Below are positions 61,797 through 64,000 of a DNA stretch of 64,000 nt, piece after piece. Origin of the DNA: Eledone cirrhosa. Taxonomy: Eukaryota. The DNA lies in contig OZ024743.1 in NCBI GenBank assembly GCA_964016885.1, positions 259,904,001 to 259,968,000 of the forward strand, in the 5' to 3' direction. Each line of letters begins with the position of its first letter. The stretch's first letter is position 1. A program made the translations under genes and the position numbers. The notes beneath the pieces are model-generated. The model saw only the letters and a program-made list of their open reading frames with translations, did not search any database and was not told where the DNA came from.

Positions 61797-64000
61797 TATA
61801 TGCAAAAGTTAAGTAGTTTCTCTTACGGCCATACCCACGATATGAACCAGGACGACGATCATATCCACCACCGTATCCCCCTCTCTCTATAAGTTCCTTT
61901 TAACTGTTTTTACTTGTGTATGTCTGTATGTGTACGCAGAATTTCACATACATAGGTGTATCTCTGCGAAGGTCAGCGCACACACAAACTCTAATATGTC
62001 ACAGCAACCAGCTTTGTCACGGTCTAACACACATCTTTAGTAATAACTTGTTATAAAGGTAGCAGAAAGTCGTTCAAGAGAGATTCACAACGGTACAATT
62101 AATAAAGGTAGCAATTCGATGTTGGACTGATATGTTAGTAGTGATTACTACTTCAGGAAAACAGAGATGTAATAATTGTTTCTACATTTGGCACAAGGCC
62201 AGAAATTACCCAGTGCATATAACGGAAATGTTCCATGGTAGCGGAAAAGATCAAAAGGTATATTTCAAAACATAATAAAGATTTATTTTCTTCTTCATAT
62301 TATACAAGTACAAGGCGAGTGAAAAACTGCAAACATATCGCATAGTCAAGTTGAACGATGAATGAAATTCTCCGCTGAGTTATATATCGAGATTCCCCTC
62401 GGCTAGAGGGCAAGATGAAGAAAATCAGGAAGCGAGTTACACGGCACTGCTCAGTAAAAGATACCGAACGTAACTGTCGGAGAATTGATAATTAGGCGCG
62501 AAATCGACTGCTGGGCAGAAGTCGATCTTAGTATTCATACTCCACCAACCCTAAGGGCTGACGACTGACCAAGCACGACCAATTAATCCGCCGCGATAAA
62601 ATAGTACGATTGCTTTCTACACACCCACTCACAGATTTGCAGAGACAAACAAACACACACGCAAACATATGTCCTCTCAAAATATTCAAATATCATATCC
62701 CTTTCACAATCTCTCTAATATTTAAAATTCCCTCTGACTAACATTCCACAAAAATGGCTCACTGAACTCACAGGTACTTTTTCTCAAAAGACGTTGTTGT
62801 TTTTTGTTGTTTCTTCTCCGGATTCTCTTCTATCTTTCTATTTCTGCCTTTATTTTTCATTTTATCTTTTGAAGAAGGATTAGCGTCCAAAACGTTAAGA
62901 GTCTCTTCCTGTTATATTAGGCGTTAAAATATATATTTTCATTGTACTGAATTCGTTGCTTTGTTGTTTTCCATTTACGTTTCAACATATACACGTGCGC
63001 GCGTACACATACACACACACGCGCGCATACACATACACACACACATCACACACATATATTTATATATATATAGTGTGTGTGTGAGAGAGAGAAAGAGAGA
63101 TAGAAAGAGAGAGAGGGGGAGAAAGAGAGAGTGAGATAGAAAAAAAGAGAGAGGGGGAGAAAGAGAGAGAAAGAGTACTCGATGCCTGCAGCCCAGCCCA
63201 AGATGAGTGGGCCATCCGCTGGGATTTACTGTATGGGCGTCAGTGTGGTAATACTACATGCTAAAAGAAACAGACAAATCACCTTCAAATCTAAGTGTAG
63301 AACTGATCAAATCAAAGTTAGGGGAATCTGTTATGCTAGAATGCCACGTTGAAGTTAATTGCCATCCAACAAGGCCGTAAAAAGAATTTAATATAGCTAA
63401 ACTTTTGTTATTTTATAAAATATAACTCATGAAATAAAATCTAATAAAACCCTATAAAAGATAAAACGATGTTGTCTCTGATCGAATCGAAGCCGTTAAA
63501 ACAGCTAAATGCTGTCAAAGATGGGCAAAAATGCCTCAGAGGACAGAGACCAGCGGCTTTAAAATTACCGTATTTGATGGCATTAGTATCCTCTCTGAAT
63601 TTCTGGAAAGGAATAGAAAATTTAGTATGGTTTCAGATAATATTGAAACATAAGCATACTGTGCCATCAAAATTGACAGTTTGTCATTGATGTTACGGTG
63701 CCATAGGGCATCTGATAATATTTAATAAGATGTCGTTCCCTATTAAACCGTTGCACCGTTTATATGTCTATTTAATTCTAATTTATTTGATGGCTATGTT
63801 CTCGTGTTAATTCTTGTATATTGGAATGAATACACAGAACAGTTAAAGGAAACCTGAAGACAGAAACACTCTGAATAATGTATATAAAAAGTAGAAATAG
63901 GGTTAGACACACAGAAATGGGAAAAAGAAACTTAAAGAGAGAAACTCTTTCAATTTTGTATGTATAATGTAAAAGTACATACCATACTTTATTCATATAG

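Noticed and set aside
62229-62621. Possible solo LTR (TG...CA with AATAAA)
   Set aside because: No target-site duplication, second copy or internal domain.

Overview
AT-rich, microsatellite-dense animal genomic DNA with a 200-N gap at 4308-4507. The SINE families and repeat landscape suggest an octopod cephalopod (inference). Host genes: two diverged, head-to-head Notch-ligand (Delta-like) paralogs recognised from signal peptide plus MNNL/C2-domain exons. Gene A is on the minus strand (exons 24157-24201, 2684-2862); gene B is on the plus strand (exons 35150/35165-35236, 40875-41041, 47913-48036). Both appear to continue beyond the window. The rest is mostly mobile DNA: a near-intact Penelope-like element (RT + GIY-YIG) with an inverted pLTR, a second PLE 3' remnant, an internally deleted R4/Dong LINE, three Tx1/L1-clade copies, an RTE fragment, mariner, maT and pogo-type DNA elements, small Helitrons and more than 20 tRNA-derived SINE copies. 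The most unusual pattern is a set of short non-coding elements inside (TA)n tracts. They carry PLE-type hammerhead ribozyme motifs, often fold back on themselves with the axis at the ribozyme, and share a TTGAGTAC-like box 60-71 nt downstream of the ribozyme GAAA. Each retroelement class also sits in a different microsatellite. All calls were made by eye; no searches were run.
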